DNA of 64,000 nt from Macrostomum lignano (taxonomy: Eukaryota), in contig NIVC01002881.1 of the NCBI GenBank assembly GCA_002269645.1, positions 68,295 to 132,294 of the forward strand. Reading direction: 5' to 3'. Shown here piece after piece: positions 49,525 to 64,000 of the stretch. A model generated the notes under the pieces. The model saw only the letters and a program-made list of their open reading frames with translations. It was not told where the DNA came from and did no database searches. The first letter of the stretch is position 1; each line of letters opens with the position of its first letter. Position numbers and translations under genes: made by a program.

Positions 49525-50221
49525 CCCAGGCCACTCACCACAGCTGTCATGCTGCCGCAGTCAGCTGAAGAAGTCAGTATTGCAATATGATGAGCAGTTT
49601 AAAAGCAGTTCTCTTGAATTGTCTGCCCGAAGAAGTGGTGCCCGTCTTTCAAAAGCATGAAGGGGAGTCAAGAAGAGAGGCAAAATTCTCTAAGACACAG
49701 GCATCATGACGAGGTGTACCTCATTGCTTTCCTAAGTGAGCTGTAACCCATGGGTTTATAACAAAAAATGTACCCTACAATCTAGATAGCGCTGGACAAC
49801 AAACGCATTAGCTTGATAACAACTGCCGGCATAGACTAGAGCAGAAAGTACACAGACACACAATCTATATAGGAAAGAACAGCGCACACTGCACCCAAGT
49901 AACTTCAAATCCTCTCAACCGGGGAATCCTGACGAATAACTTTGGTAGCCAAAGTAGGAAATAGCGAATTTTCCGCTTCCTACGCCCTGTGCCACTGTCC
50001 CCTAAAAGCAGACAGTCAAGTCAGTAAGTTAGCGCGTACAGCTGATTTGCACTACAGCCTTGGATACTGCAAAACAGACCATTCTACAGGTTTATATTCA
50101 TAATTCGTAACGTGGCCTTGGGAAAATTTTTCAATATAATAGAAATTCTTGTGGAACTAAAACAAACTTTATTGACAGACATGCTCAGAATGCATAACTT
50201 CTTTCTTTCATAACGATTTAA

Positions 50222-51682
50222 TTCAGGGTGTTTAAGGGTTCAAAATGCAGGGTGTTTAGAGTCCAGAGTGCAGGGTGTTTAGAGTTCAGAATTCAGGGTG
50301 TTTAGAGTTCAGAATTCAGGGTGTTTAGAGTACAGAGTGCAGGGTGTTTAGAGTTCAGAATTCAAGGTGTTTAGAGTTCAGAATTCAGGGTGTTTAGAGT
50401 ACAGAGTGCAGGGTGTTTAGAGTTCAGAATTCAGGGTGTTTAGAGTACAGAATTCAGGGTGTTTAGAGTACAGAGTGCAGGGTGTTTAGAGTTCAGAATT
50501 CAAGGTGTTTAGAGTTCAGAATTCAGGGTGTTTAGAGTACAGAGTGCAGGGTGTTTAGAGTTCAGAATTCAGGGTGTTTAGAGTCCAGAGTGCAGGGTGT
50601 TTAGAGTCCAGAATTCAGGGTGTTTAGAGTTCAGAATTCAGAGTGTTTAGAGTACAGAGTGCAGGGTGTTTAGAGTTCAGAATTCAAGGTGTTTAGAGTT
50701 CAGAATTCAGGGTGTTTAGAGTACAGAGTGCAGGGTGTTTAGAGTTCAGAATTCAGGGTGTTTAGAGTCCAGAGTGCAGGGTGTTTAGAGTCCAGAATTC
50801 AGGGTGTTTAGAGTTCAGAATTCAGAGTGTTTAGAGTACAGAGTGCAGGGTGTTTAGAGTTCAGAATTCAAGGTGTTTAGAGTTCAGAATTCAGGGTGTT
50901 TAGAGTACAGAGTGCAGGGTGTTTAGAGTTCAGAATTCAAGGTGTTTAGAGTTCAGAATTCAGGGTGTTTAGAGTACAGAGTGCAGGGTGTTTAGAGTTC
51001 AGAATTCAGGGTGTTTAGAGTCCAGAGTGCAGGGTGTTTAGAGTCCAGAATTCAGGGTGTTTAGAGTTCAGAATTCAGAGTGTTTAGAGTACAGAGTGCA
51101 GGGTGTTTAGAGTTCAGAATTCAGGGTGTTTAGAGTACAGAGTGCAGGGTGTTTAGAGTTCAGAATTCAGGGTGTTTAGAGTCTAGAGTGCAGGGTGTTT
51201 AGAGTCCAGAATTCAGAGTGTTTAGAGTTCAGAATTCAGAGTGTTTAGAGTTTAGAATTCAGGGTGTTTAGAGTTCAGAATTCAGGGTGTTTAGAGTTCA
51301 GAATTCAGGGTGTTTAGAGTTCAGAATTCAGGGTGTTTAGAGTTCAGAATTCAGGGTGTTTAGAGTTCAGAATGCAGGGTGTTTAGAGTTCAGAATTCAG
51401 GGTGTTTAGAGTTTAGAATTCAGGGTGTTTAGAGTTCAGAATTCAGGGTGTTTAGAGTTCAGAATTCAGAGTGTTTAGAGTTCAGAATGCAGGGTGTTTA
51501 GAGTTCAGAATTCAGAGTGTTTAGAGTTCAGAATTCAGAGTGTTTAGAGTTCAGAATTCAGAGTGTTTAGAGTCCAGAATTCAGAGTGTTTAGAGTTCAG
51601 AATGCAGGTTGTTTAGAGTCCAGAATGCAGGGTGTTTAAGGGTTCAAAATGCAGGGTAGTTAGAGTTCAGGGTGTTTAGAAT
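50222..51682. repeat. 23-bp minisatellite with higher-order variant pattern
   Basis: CAGGGTGTTTAGAGTTCAGAATT and a ...GTACAGAGTG variant. Confidence 0.97.
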
Positions 51683-52539
51683 CCAAAAAAGACAAAACAA
51701 TCTGTCGGAGCACTATAAAAGTTTAAATTAACCAAGCCAATTAAAAACTGACACTAATCCGGTTGTGTGTCTCAAACGATTAAATCGATAATTTTTCTTA
51801 TCTGAACAGTCGAGATTGCATTTTAGTTTTACAGGCCAAATACAGGTGCAAATCGTATTCACGTAGAAAAGCATCATAAATACGCAAGCAAGATAAGCAA
51901 ATTGTTATCGCATTTTTAGCTTAAATTCCAAATTAACAAAGACAAGAAAATTTTCGCGTCAAAATAACTATAATTTATATTATCCAATAAGGTTTTAGTA
52001 ACGCAACAACTAGCACTGTTTATAAATAATTATAGAGTCAACTGAAACATCAAAAAGCACAACACAACGATTTGTACCTATGAATTATCGAGCTATTCTT
52101 TATTAATAATAATTAGCATAGCATTGTTATTAATATTAGGATCTATAACAAACTGAAAGCAAAGCAGGCTAATTACTTACTATAAATTACAATATTATAA
52201 AGTAGCAGTATGTGCATCCGAAGAAAGGGTCATGTAACGTCAAACAGACACAGAAACCAAGTGTTAAATTAATTAATTTCAATATTTAATTACAATAGAT
52301 CGGATTTCAGTATACACAATGGACATGGATTGCATTAGGTTTAGTGAAAGATAGAGAGATGAGATGACACAGTTGAGTATAAGCAATATTAATACAGCGA
52401 TATAGGAGTGCGCTAAGACGCTTTTTATTGAGACTTTAAAAAGCGCTCAAGTTTATATATTAATTAATAATCTGAATGACCTCATGACCCAAATCGATTA
52501 GAGTCTCAAAATCACCTGCGTCTTATATGAGATTAAAGC

Positions 52540-53070
52540 TTCAGAACTTCATCTCCCAACTATGAGATTAGAGCTTAAAGATCTTATCTCTTACCTATAA
52601 GATTAGAGCTTCAGAATCTCATCTCTCACCTATGAGATTAGAGCTTCAGAATCTCATCTCTCACCTATGAGATTAGAGCTTCAGAATCTCATCTCTCACC
52701 TATGAGATTAGAGCTTCAAAATCTCATCTCTCACCTATGAGATTAGAGCTTCAGAATCTCATCTCTCACCTATGAGATTAGAGCTTTAGAATCTCATCTC
52801 ACCTTTGAGATTTAAGATTTAAAATCTCATCTCTCACCTATGAGATTAGAGCTTCAAAATCTCATCTCTCAGCTGAGATTAGAGCCCAGATAATCTCATT
52901 TCCGCTATGAGATGAAACCTCAAAATCTGAGTTCTCACCTCGCATCTATGAGATTAGAGCTCGTAACTCTTATTTCTCACGTCTGAGATAAGAATCTCAT
53001 ATTCACATCTCTTGACACTTATCTATGAGATTAGAGCTTTAATAGGTGACTTATCTGTCACCTATGAGAA
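52540..53070. repeat. 35-bp minisatellite, degenerating at both ends
   Basis: TATGAGATTAGAGCTTCAGAATCTCATCTCTCACC. Confidence 0.9.
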
Positions 53071-55684
53071 TAGAGTTTAAAATCGCCAGCATAGAGAATT
53101 GGTCAAAAAAAACAAATAGACAAATATAACGCGCAAATATTGCTAAAAATATTTCAGATTATAACACTGGGGAATCTGGGAAGCCAGCATGACTTACCAA
53201 CGCGTTGCTGAATTTAAATTTAAAAAACCAACCTCTTGCGCGACAAACTTTAACAAAAATTTGCGTTCAATAAAACACAACTAGAGGATGCATGCATTAA
53301 ATTGAATGATTTTAAGATGAGCATTGATGACACAAGGCCGCCAAAGTACAAACTATATTGTTAATAATATTGAATAATTACACAGATTTTTTGAAACGGC
53401 TAAGGCAGTTTAAAAATCAAGGGTTTGAAGAGAATATTAAATTGGCAAAAAGTGTAGGCTGTACATGCAATTGCAGTAGTTTAAATAAAAAAGGCTAACT
53501 TCTAGCCATATAATAATTAGTCGGCACAATTAGCAATTTTCTTTTTTTAAAAAGGCGATAACAATTCTATGTAAAAACTCGATTAAAGACATTATAATTA
53601 GACTAGTTTTAGATGTAAGGGACAGTTTAAAAAACTTCGAAATTAGACAGTCACAGAGACAGACAGGCGCAGGATTAAAAAATCGTTTTTTTCAAATATT
53701 TCGTAACAGGATTAATTAAAAAACATCCGAGTGTCTACTCCGGTTTTTATTTCTAGCAGCAAAAATTATTCAGTCAAATTAGTCAGAACTGCTGTTGCTG
53801 TCATTTTTTACTATATACAATGCATACTTTGTTCCATTTCATTCTTAGTTCTGTACTGGCCCAAGGCCAGGGCATGATTAAACACAGTTAAGCTCTTCCA
53901 GACCAGACATAACAGCGTAAAGAGAAGACAATGTTATGACAATACTTGGCCTATAGTCCTTTTATTATAACACGCACGCTATTATTATTAACAAATGAGC
54001 GAGTAAGATAGATAGGAAAAATGATTCTGTGTAAGAATGGGAGGGCTTGAGCCCGGTGAAGACTGGAGGACTGCGGAGGGGAGGGGGTTCGGATTTGGGG
54101 GTTCCGCTTTCCGCCGGCTTGTGTGCACTTACTAATTTTAGGACCAGCAGTTTGCCTGAAAAACTGACGTCACCGTTGTGTCATGCCCGCTGCCCTCTCC
54201 TCTCCATTAAGCTACAACAGTGTAATAAAAGAAGCTAAAACTATTATTAACCCCGCCGTCACCCCTACCCGCTCTCTCTCTCTATCTCCCTCTCGCGCGT
54301 TTACTCTTGCTCGCATTAATCTATCCCCCAACACCCCCCAATCTATCTGAACCAGCCAAGTGTACATTGGAGAAGCGCGCCGGTCGCCAATGTACGCCGG
54401 GGGCCACACACCCACCCCCGCTGACACAGGAACGCATCTGTACAGTGTGGACCGGGGTGTGTTGGATAGATAAGAAAGAGAAGGAAAGGAGGAAGGATGA
54501 GACAGCACAGTAGGAATCGAAAATGGAGAGGAGGCCTATAGGGCTCGTATTGGGCCCGTAGAGGTCAACAGAGAGCAAGAAGGGCGCACTACTACTTACT
54601 GCACGCACGCAAAACACAACACACTCCTTTTAAGTTTATAGCTTTAACCACATGGTTAAGCTAAGCTAATCATATATACACGCATTAACCCCTACTGTGT
54701 GACGGTTGTATGTATCAAATCGCGCTGTTTCATACTATTAGCATTAGCAGATGCCCATGCCCACAGGACAAATTTAACTTGCGTGTATCAGCATCTGCCT
54801 AGTGCTTGACTGCTTATATATACAACGCAGATACACACTTTATAGTACAGTATAATATACGGCTATAGCTATATATCTTAACACTTGGCCAGGCAAAGTT
54901 GCGACTGACGGGCACAGTGATACATACAGTTCAAACCCTTACATTTTATCTTACAATTTTAGCGCACCACACAGTCACAAGCTAACAGCAACAGCAGCTG
55001 GAATATTTTAAGATGTTGCGTCAACGTTTTTTCCCCTTCACTTTACATTCTCTATACTTATCTGCTTTTTTATCTACCAGGTCTATCTATCCCTTATCTA
55101 GCCCAACACATCTGGGACAACATCATATTCTGTGCAGCCTGGGGATTTTAGAGACTTACAAGACTTGAAGATTTAAATAATATATATAATATGTGCAATG
55201 CGTATGAGGCGTGGCTTTAGGGGGCTGTACTAATAAACACCGGAAAACAAGGATTGCGAACTACACAATAACATAACTAGTAATAGAGAAATGGGCAAGA
55301 ATTAATAAATATCCCAGATTTATAAAGTAAACTGGAATAAGCCTTAGATTAAATCATTCTCATAATTAAATAAATTATTAACACGCATAAATTAGTTAGC
55401 ATAAATTATGAATTACTCATACGCTAAAATTTGCCCTGTATATCATAGTAATTTGTAATAAAAAAAGTTACAAGGCAGTATGAAAGATATAAACTCACAA
55501 AGAATTATATATGTATAAAACTATCAAGACTATTTATATGACATAATACAAACTTGAAAGATTAAAAAACAGATCATTCGAAATTCAGGAATACGTAAAT
55601 GTGTACTATTTATTAGCTTATACAGTTTATTTAATTAAATTTGCTTAGCACAAATTTAGTCAGTTTAGTGGTCCATTGTCATGG

Positions 55685-55759
55685 TCACCAGTTGCACTTT
55701 GACAGGGTCATAAAGTACACCTGCGAGCCGTTGCCTGACTTGGCGCTGGTGAAGAATAC
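55685..55759 (-). CDS. MAP4K4: MAP4K4/MINK1/TNIK/misshapen-family kinase, last exon (end of CNH domain)
   Basis: Acceptor ctctcag|GTA; VFFTSAKSGNGSQVYFMTLSKCNW* matches the family C-terminus VFFASVRSGGSSQVYFMTL...W*. Confidence 0.9.
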   Translation of the reverse strand, partial: VFFTSAKSGNGSQVYFMTLSKCNW

Positions 55760-56114
55760 CTGAGAGTTATAATAATAATAATAATACCAAATTAATAAAT
55801 AAAAATATCATTATAAGTCAGATAAACGAGAAGGATAGTTTAGGGATAGAAAATGTTGCGTCATAAAAAAACTACTTCACTGATTACGTAATAAGCATGG
55901 ATGCCCGAGGCTGGGCAGGGAACTCTGAGAGAAATATAGAAAGCCAATCGAGCTTAGAAAATGTCTCTACAGACCACAGGGAGTTAGCGATTAGCTAGGA
56001 TGGCAAGCCAGCAAACTGCGCAAAATGCTTCAATGCATGCAGCTACCAAATATAGATTGCAAGTTTGTTCATCTAGTTGAACACGCAGAATTTTTTCCAG
56101 AAACTAAACACCCA

Positions 56115-56575
56115 CAGAATTCCCCTAAAATGTTAAATCCACAGGAGAATTCTCCTAGAGAATGATAATCTACAGAATTCCCCTAGAGAATGTTAAATCC
56201 ACAGTAGAATTAATTCCCTTTAAGAATGTTAAATCCACAATAGATTTCCCCTAGAGAATGTTAAATCCACAGTAGAATTCCCTTTAAGAATGTTAAATCC
56301 ACAATAGATTTCCCCTAGAGAATGTTAAATCCACAGTAGAATTCCCTTTAAGAATGTTAAATCCACAATAGATTTCCCCTAGAGAATGTTAAATCCACAG
56401 TAGAATTCCCTTTAAGAATGTTAAATCCACAATAGATTTCCCCTAGAGAATGTTAAATCCACAGTAGAATTCCCCTTAAGAATGTTAAATCCACACGAGA
56501 ATTCCCCAAAGAATTTTTAATCCACAAGAGAATTTCCCTGGAGAATGTTAAATATACAGGGGAATTCACCTAGAA
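56115..56575. repeat. 32-bp minisatellite organised as a 64-bp dimer (MAP4K intron)
   Basis: Alternating GAATGTTAAATCCACAGTAGAATTCCCTTTAA and GAATGTTAAATCCACAATAGATTTCCCCTAGA. Confidence 0.93.
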
Positions 56576-56707
56576 TCATTAACCCAGACAGAATTCCCCT
56601 CAAATGAACCTAAACAGTAAACACATAGGTCTCTCAAAAAGAAACTAAGGCACCCAGATAATTCCTCTCAGAAACTGATCCGCTGCTCAAAGCCTATTAA
56701 GACTCAC

Positions 56708-57265
56708 CTTGTCGCTCTTCTCGCACAGGAACTTGAGCTTCTGCTCCCGCCGGTGCATGAACACGCCATCCAATTGTCCAGTGTCCACAGCCCGAATCTC
56801 AATGGCTTTATTGCCCCAGCCCATAAACTGGCCAGTGCTGATATAAGCAACACTTGAAGGCGGCTCGGCCCAGTGCACCACAACGTCCTTGAGCCGGCGT
56901 CCATTGGTGTCGTAATACACACCTTCGTTATTGTACAGAAGCAACAGGTGCCGTCCCTGACTGTCCGGCAGGATTACAATAGCGTGAGGCTTAACATCTC
57001 CCGGATCAACTGAGCTCGGCACGAACACATCTAAATAGGCATTCGAATCCAGGTCGATAGCGTGAAATCCGCAGTTGGATCCGTACAGTACCTTCATCTT
57101 TGTATCGTTCTCGAATGTTAAATCAACCGTGATTGGCGTGTAGGGCAAACCCGTGAACGATTTGAAGGCCATGAACTGGTTGTTGGGCTTGGGCGCCCAG
57201 GCATACAGTTCGATGCTGTCCTTCAGGGCTATCACTAGGAATTTGATGCGCTCGTAACGGACAAC
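56708..57265 (-). CDS. MAP4K4: MAP4K4-family kinase, CNH-domain exon (intact frame)
   Basis: Acceptor ctcgcag|GTT, donor AAG|gtgagt, both phase 0; [16 protein letters not shown]...YAWAPKP...[10 protein letters not shown]...[20 protein letters not shown]. Confidence 0.93.
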
Positions 57266-57419
57266 CTGCGAGTTGAAATGGGGATTTGGGTGCAATATTA
57301 TGGGCTGCGTTCTGGCTGGATTCTTTTATTTGTCTGTCTGTCTGCTGTCCTGCGTTTGTGCCCATCTACTCTCAGTATCTGTTCATCTACTCTCAGTGTT
57401 TGTCCATCTATTTTCAGTG

Positions 57420-57720
57420 TCTGTCGGTCTCTGAGTCCTAGTGTCTGTCGGTCCCTAAGTCCTAGTGTCTGTCCCTGAGTCCTAGTGTCTGTCGGTCCCT
57501 GACCCTGAGTCTTAGTGTCTGTCGGTCCCTAAGTCCTAGTGTCTGTCGGTCCCTAAGTCCTAGTGTCTGTCGGTCCCTAAGTCCTAGTGTCTGTCCCTGA
57601 GTCCTAATGTCTGTCGGTCCCTGACCCTGAGTCTTAGTGTCTGTCGGTCCTAAGTCCTAGTGTCTGTCGGTCCCTAAGTCCTAGTGTCTGTCCCTGAGTC
57701 TTAGTGTTTATCCTTGAGTC
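57420..57720. repeat. ~24-bp minisatellite (MAP4K intron)
   Basis: GTCCCTAAGTCCTAGTGTCTGTCG. Confidence 0.92.
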
Positions 57721-57762
57721 TCAGTGCCTGTCCATCTCACAGCAACGCCAACATGAAGTCAC

Positions 57763-60251
<2,489 letters not shown>

Positions 60252-60289
60252 TCATTATTCTTCAGGTGTTTTTAGGGGTGATTATTTTT

Positions 60290-62735
60290 CATTTGTGGTT
60301 CAGGGCTATTCTTCATTTGTGGTTCAGGTGTGATTCTTCATTTGTGGTTCAGGGGTGATTCTTCATTTGTGGTTCAGAGGCGATTCTTCATTTGTGGTTC
60401 AGGGGTGATTCTTCATTTGTGGTTCAGGGGTGATTCTTCATTTGTGGTTAAGGGGTGATTCTTCATTTGTGGTTCAGGGGTGATTCTTCATTTGTGGTTC
60501 AGGGGTGATTCTTCATTTGTGGTTCAGGGGTGATTCTTCATTTGTGGTTCAGAGGCGATTCTTCATTTGTGGTTCAGGGTGATTCTTCATTTGTGGTTCA
60601 GGGGTGATTCTTCATTTGTGGTTAAGGGGTGATTCTTCATTTGTGTGTTCAGGGGTGATTCTTCATTTGTGGTTCAGGGGTGATTCTTCATTTGTGGTTC
60701 AGGGGTGATTCTCCATTTGTGGTTCAGGGGTGATTCTTCATTTGTGGTTCAGGGGTGATTCTTCATTTGTGGTTTAGGGGTGATTCTTCATTTGTGGTTC
60801 AGGGGTGATTCTTCATTTGTGGTTCAGAGGCGATTCTTCATTTGTGGTTCAGGGGTGATTCTTCATTTGTGGTTCAGGGTGATTCTTCATTTGTGGTTAA
60901 GGGGTGATTCTTCATTTGTGGTTCAGGGGTGATTCTTCATTTGTGGTTCAGGGGTGATTCTTCATTTGTGGTTCAGGGGTGATTCTTCATTTGTGGTTCA
61001 GGGTGATTCTTCATTTGTGGTTCAGAGGCGATTCTTCATTTGTGGTTCAGGGGTGATTCTTCATTTGTGGTTCAGGGGTGATTCTTCATTTGTGGTTAAG
61101 GGGTGATTCTTCATTTGTGGTTCAGGGGTGATTCTTCATTTGTGGTTCAGGGTGATTTTTCATTTGTGGATCAGGGGTGATTCTACATTTGTGGTTCAGG
61201 GGTGATTCTTCATTTGTGGTTCAGGGGTGATTCTTCATTTGTGGTTTAGGGGTGATTCTTCATTTGTGGTTCAGGGGTGATTCTTCATTTGCGGTTCAGG
61301 GGTGATTCTTCATTTGTGGTTCAGGGGTGATTCTTCATTTGTGGTTCAGGGGTGATTCTTCATTTGTGGTTTAGGGGTGATTCTTCATTTGTGGTTCAGG
61401 GGTGATTCTTCATTTGTGGTTCAGGGTGATTCTTCATTTGTGGTTCAGGGGTGATTCTTCATTTGTGGTTCAGAGGCGATTCTTCATTTGTGGTTCAGGG
61501 TGATTCTTCATTTGTGGTTCAGAGGCGATTCTTCATTTGTGGTTCAGGGTGATTCTTCATTTGTGGTTTAGGGGTGATTCTTCATTTGTGGTTCAGGGGT
61601 GATTCTCCATTTGTGGTTCAGGGGTGATTCTTCATTTGTGGTTCAGGGGTGATTCTTCATTTGTGGTTTAGGGGTGATTCTTCATTTGTGGTTCAGGGGT
61701 GATTCTTCATTTGTGGTTCAGGGGTGATTCTTCATTTGTGGTTCAGAGGCGATTCTTCATTTGTGGTTCAGGGGTGATTCTTCATTTGTGGTTCAGAGGC
61801 GATTCTTCATTTGTGGTTCAGGGGTGATTCTTCATTTGTGGTTCAGGGGTGATTCTTCATTTGTGGTTCAGGGGTGATTCTCCATTTGTGGTTCAGGGGT
61901 GATTCTTCATTTGTGGTTCAGGGGTGATTCTTCATTTGTGGTTTAGGGGTGATTCTTCATTTGTGGTTCAGGGGTGATTCTTCATTTGTGGTTCAGGGGT
62001 GATTCTTCATTTGTGGTTCAGGGGTGATTCTTCATTTGTGGTTCAGGGGTGATTCTTCATTTGTGGTTCAGGGGTGATTCTTCATTTGTGGTTTAGGGGT
62101 GATTCTTCATTTGTGGTTTAGGGGTGATTCTTCATTTGTGTTCAGGGTGATTCTTCATTTGTGGTTTAGGGGTGATTCTTCATTTGTGGTTTAGGGGTGA
62201 TTCTTCATTTGTGGTTCAGGGGTGATTCTTCATTTGTGGTTTAGGGGTGATTCTTCATTTGTGGTTAGGGGTGAATCTTAATTTGTGGCTCAGGGGTGAT
62301 TTTCATTTGTGGTTCAGAGGCGATTCTTCATTTGTGGTTCAGGGGTGATTCTTCATTTGTGGTTCAGGGGTGATTCTTCATTTGTGGTTTAGGGGTGATT
62401 CTTCATTTGTGTTTAGGGGTGATTCTTCACTTGTGGTTCAGGGGTGATTCTTCATTTGTGGTTTAGGGGTGATTCTTCATTTGTGGTTTAGGGGTGATTC
62501 TTCATTTGTGGTTCAGGGGTGATTCTTCATTTGTGGTTTAGGGGTGATTCTTCATTTGTGGTTAGGGTGAATCTTAATTTGTGGCTCAGGGGTGACTCTT
62601 CATATGTGGTTCGGGGCTGATTCTTCATTTGTGGTTCGGGGCTGATTCTTCATTGTGGTTCAGAGTCGATTCTTCATTTGTGGTTCAGAGTCGATTCTTC
62701 ATTTGTGGTTCGGGGCTGATTCTTCATATGTGGTT
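60290..62735. repeat. 25-bp minisatellite, about 98 copies, filling the first located MAP4K intron
   Basis: TTCTTCATTTGTGGTTCAGGGGTGA. Confidence 0.98.
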
Positions 62736-62752
62736 CAGAGACGTTTCACTCA

Positions 62753-63255
<503 letters not shown>

Positions 63256-64000
63256 TCAGTCTCAACTCTCAAGAAACTTGATAAACAAGAAGACAGATAG
63301 AAAGACAGGGTGAGAAATGATAAAAGTCTGTATTCGCTTGACAGGTCAGATCAGATAGCCGTACAATCTCTAAACATGCTTAATTATTTGCCAGATCTTG
63401 TTCGACTGTGAGTGCTTCGATTCTGAGATGCTACACTAAAGCAGTAAGATCAGTTAATAGGTACATTTTGAAAGGCAAGTAACTACTAATAAGACTCAAA
63501 ATATAGTTATGTTTTCCTTGATCCTAAAGTTAAACAAATTACATATATTTAGGCTATAAAAACAAAGATTGTAATAAATTTTTTATTTAGAAAGCACTAG
63601 ACTAGCCCATTAAGCCCCTATAAGGGCATTCAAATTCCAAATTCAAAACACCAAAAGCATTAAAAAACATGTTTTTAAATACTTGACTCATTTTCAAATC
63701 GATTTTTCATTGTTTGAAGTTTTACATAAGCACCCTAAGCCCTATGGTATGTGTTTGAATTTAAAATTTAAATATTGAAAACAATTAAAAACATTGTTTT
63801 TTTAATATTTGACCCATTTCCAATTATGGTATAAGTATTATATACCAATTTTCCAAATGAATATGAATTAACTGGGCACAGATATTGCCCCATCTGCAAC
63901 TATGTCACCTTTGATGTATTGTAAGATAACAAACAAGATCAGAGCAGATTAGGGGATTGATGAAAAAAAGCCTTTGCACTCTGCATTTCAACCTTTTCAG

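Noticed and set aside
60290-62735. TTTAGGGG variants as telomere-like repeats
   Set aside because: They are point variants of a 25-bp intronic unit, not tandem TTAGGG.

Overview
Eukaryotic (metazoan) genomic DNA with spliceosomal introns. The minisatellite-filled introns and GC3-rich exons suggest a flatworm such as Macrostomum lignano; this is an inference. Six genes can be reconstructed exon by exon. On +: an LMAN2/VIP36-family L-type lectin (4.8-7.3 kb, 5' exon not found) and a type I membrane protein with a degenerate C-type-lectin-like domain (12.3-13.9 kb). On -: a FLYWCH zinc-finger protein (18.6-22.6 kb), an SH2 plus Src/Frk-like kinase that has lost the beta3 Lys and the DFG motif (38.0-39.4 kb, predicted pseudokinase), MOCS2A (44.8-45.1 kb) and a MAP4K4/MINK/TNIK/misshapen kinase with CNH domain (55.7-63.2 kb) broken by about 9 small indels. 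A seventh, unrecognised micro-exon gene is likely at 24.8-28.4 kb (-). About 35 different tandem arrays, mostly with 20-25 bp units, fill introns and intergenic DNA and explain most long ORFs in the track. Best leads: the Src-like pseudokinase, the serially frameshifted MAP4K (consensus error is the most likely cause), two genes that begin at a phase-0 acceptor with no ATG (possible spliced-leader-donated start codon), and the cryptic micro-exon gene. No rRNA, tRNA, CRISPR array or autonomous transposon is supported.
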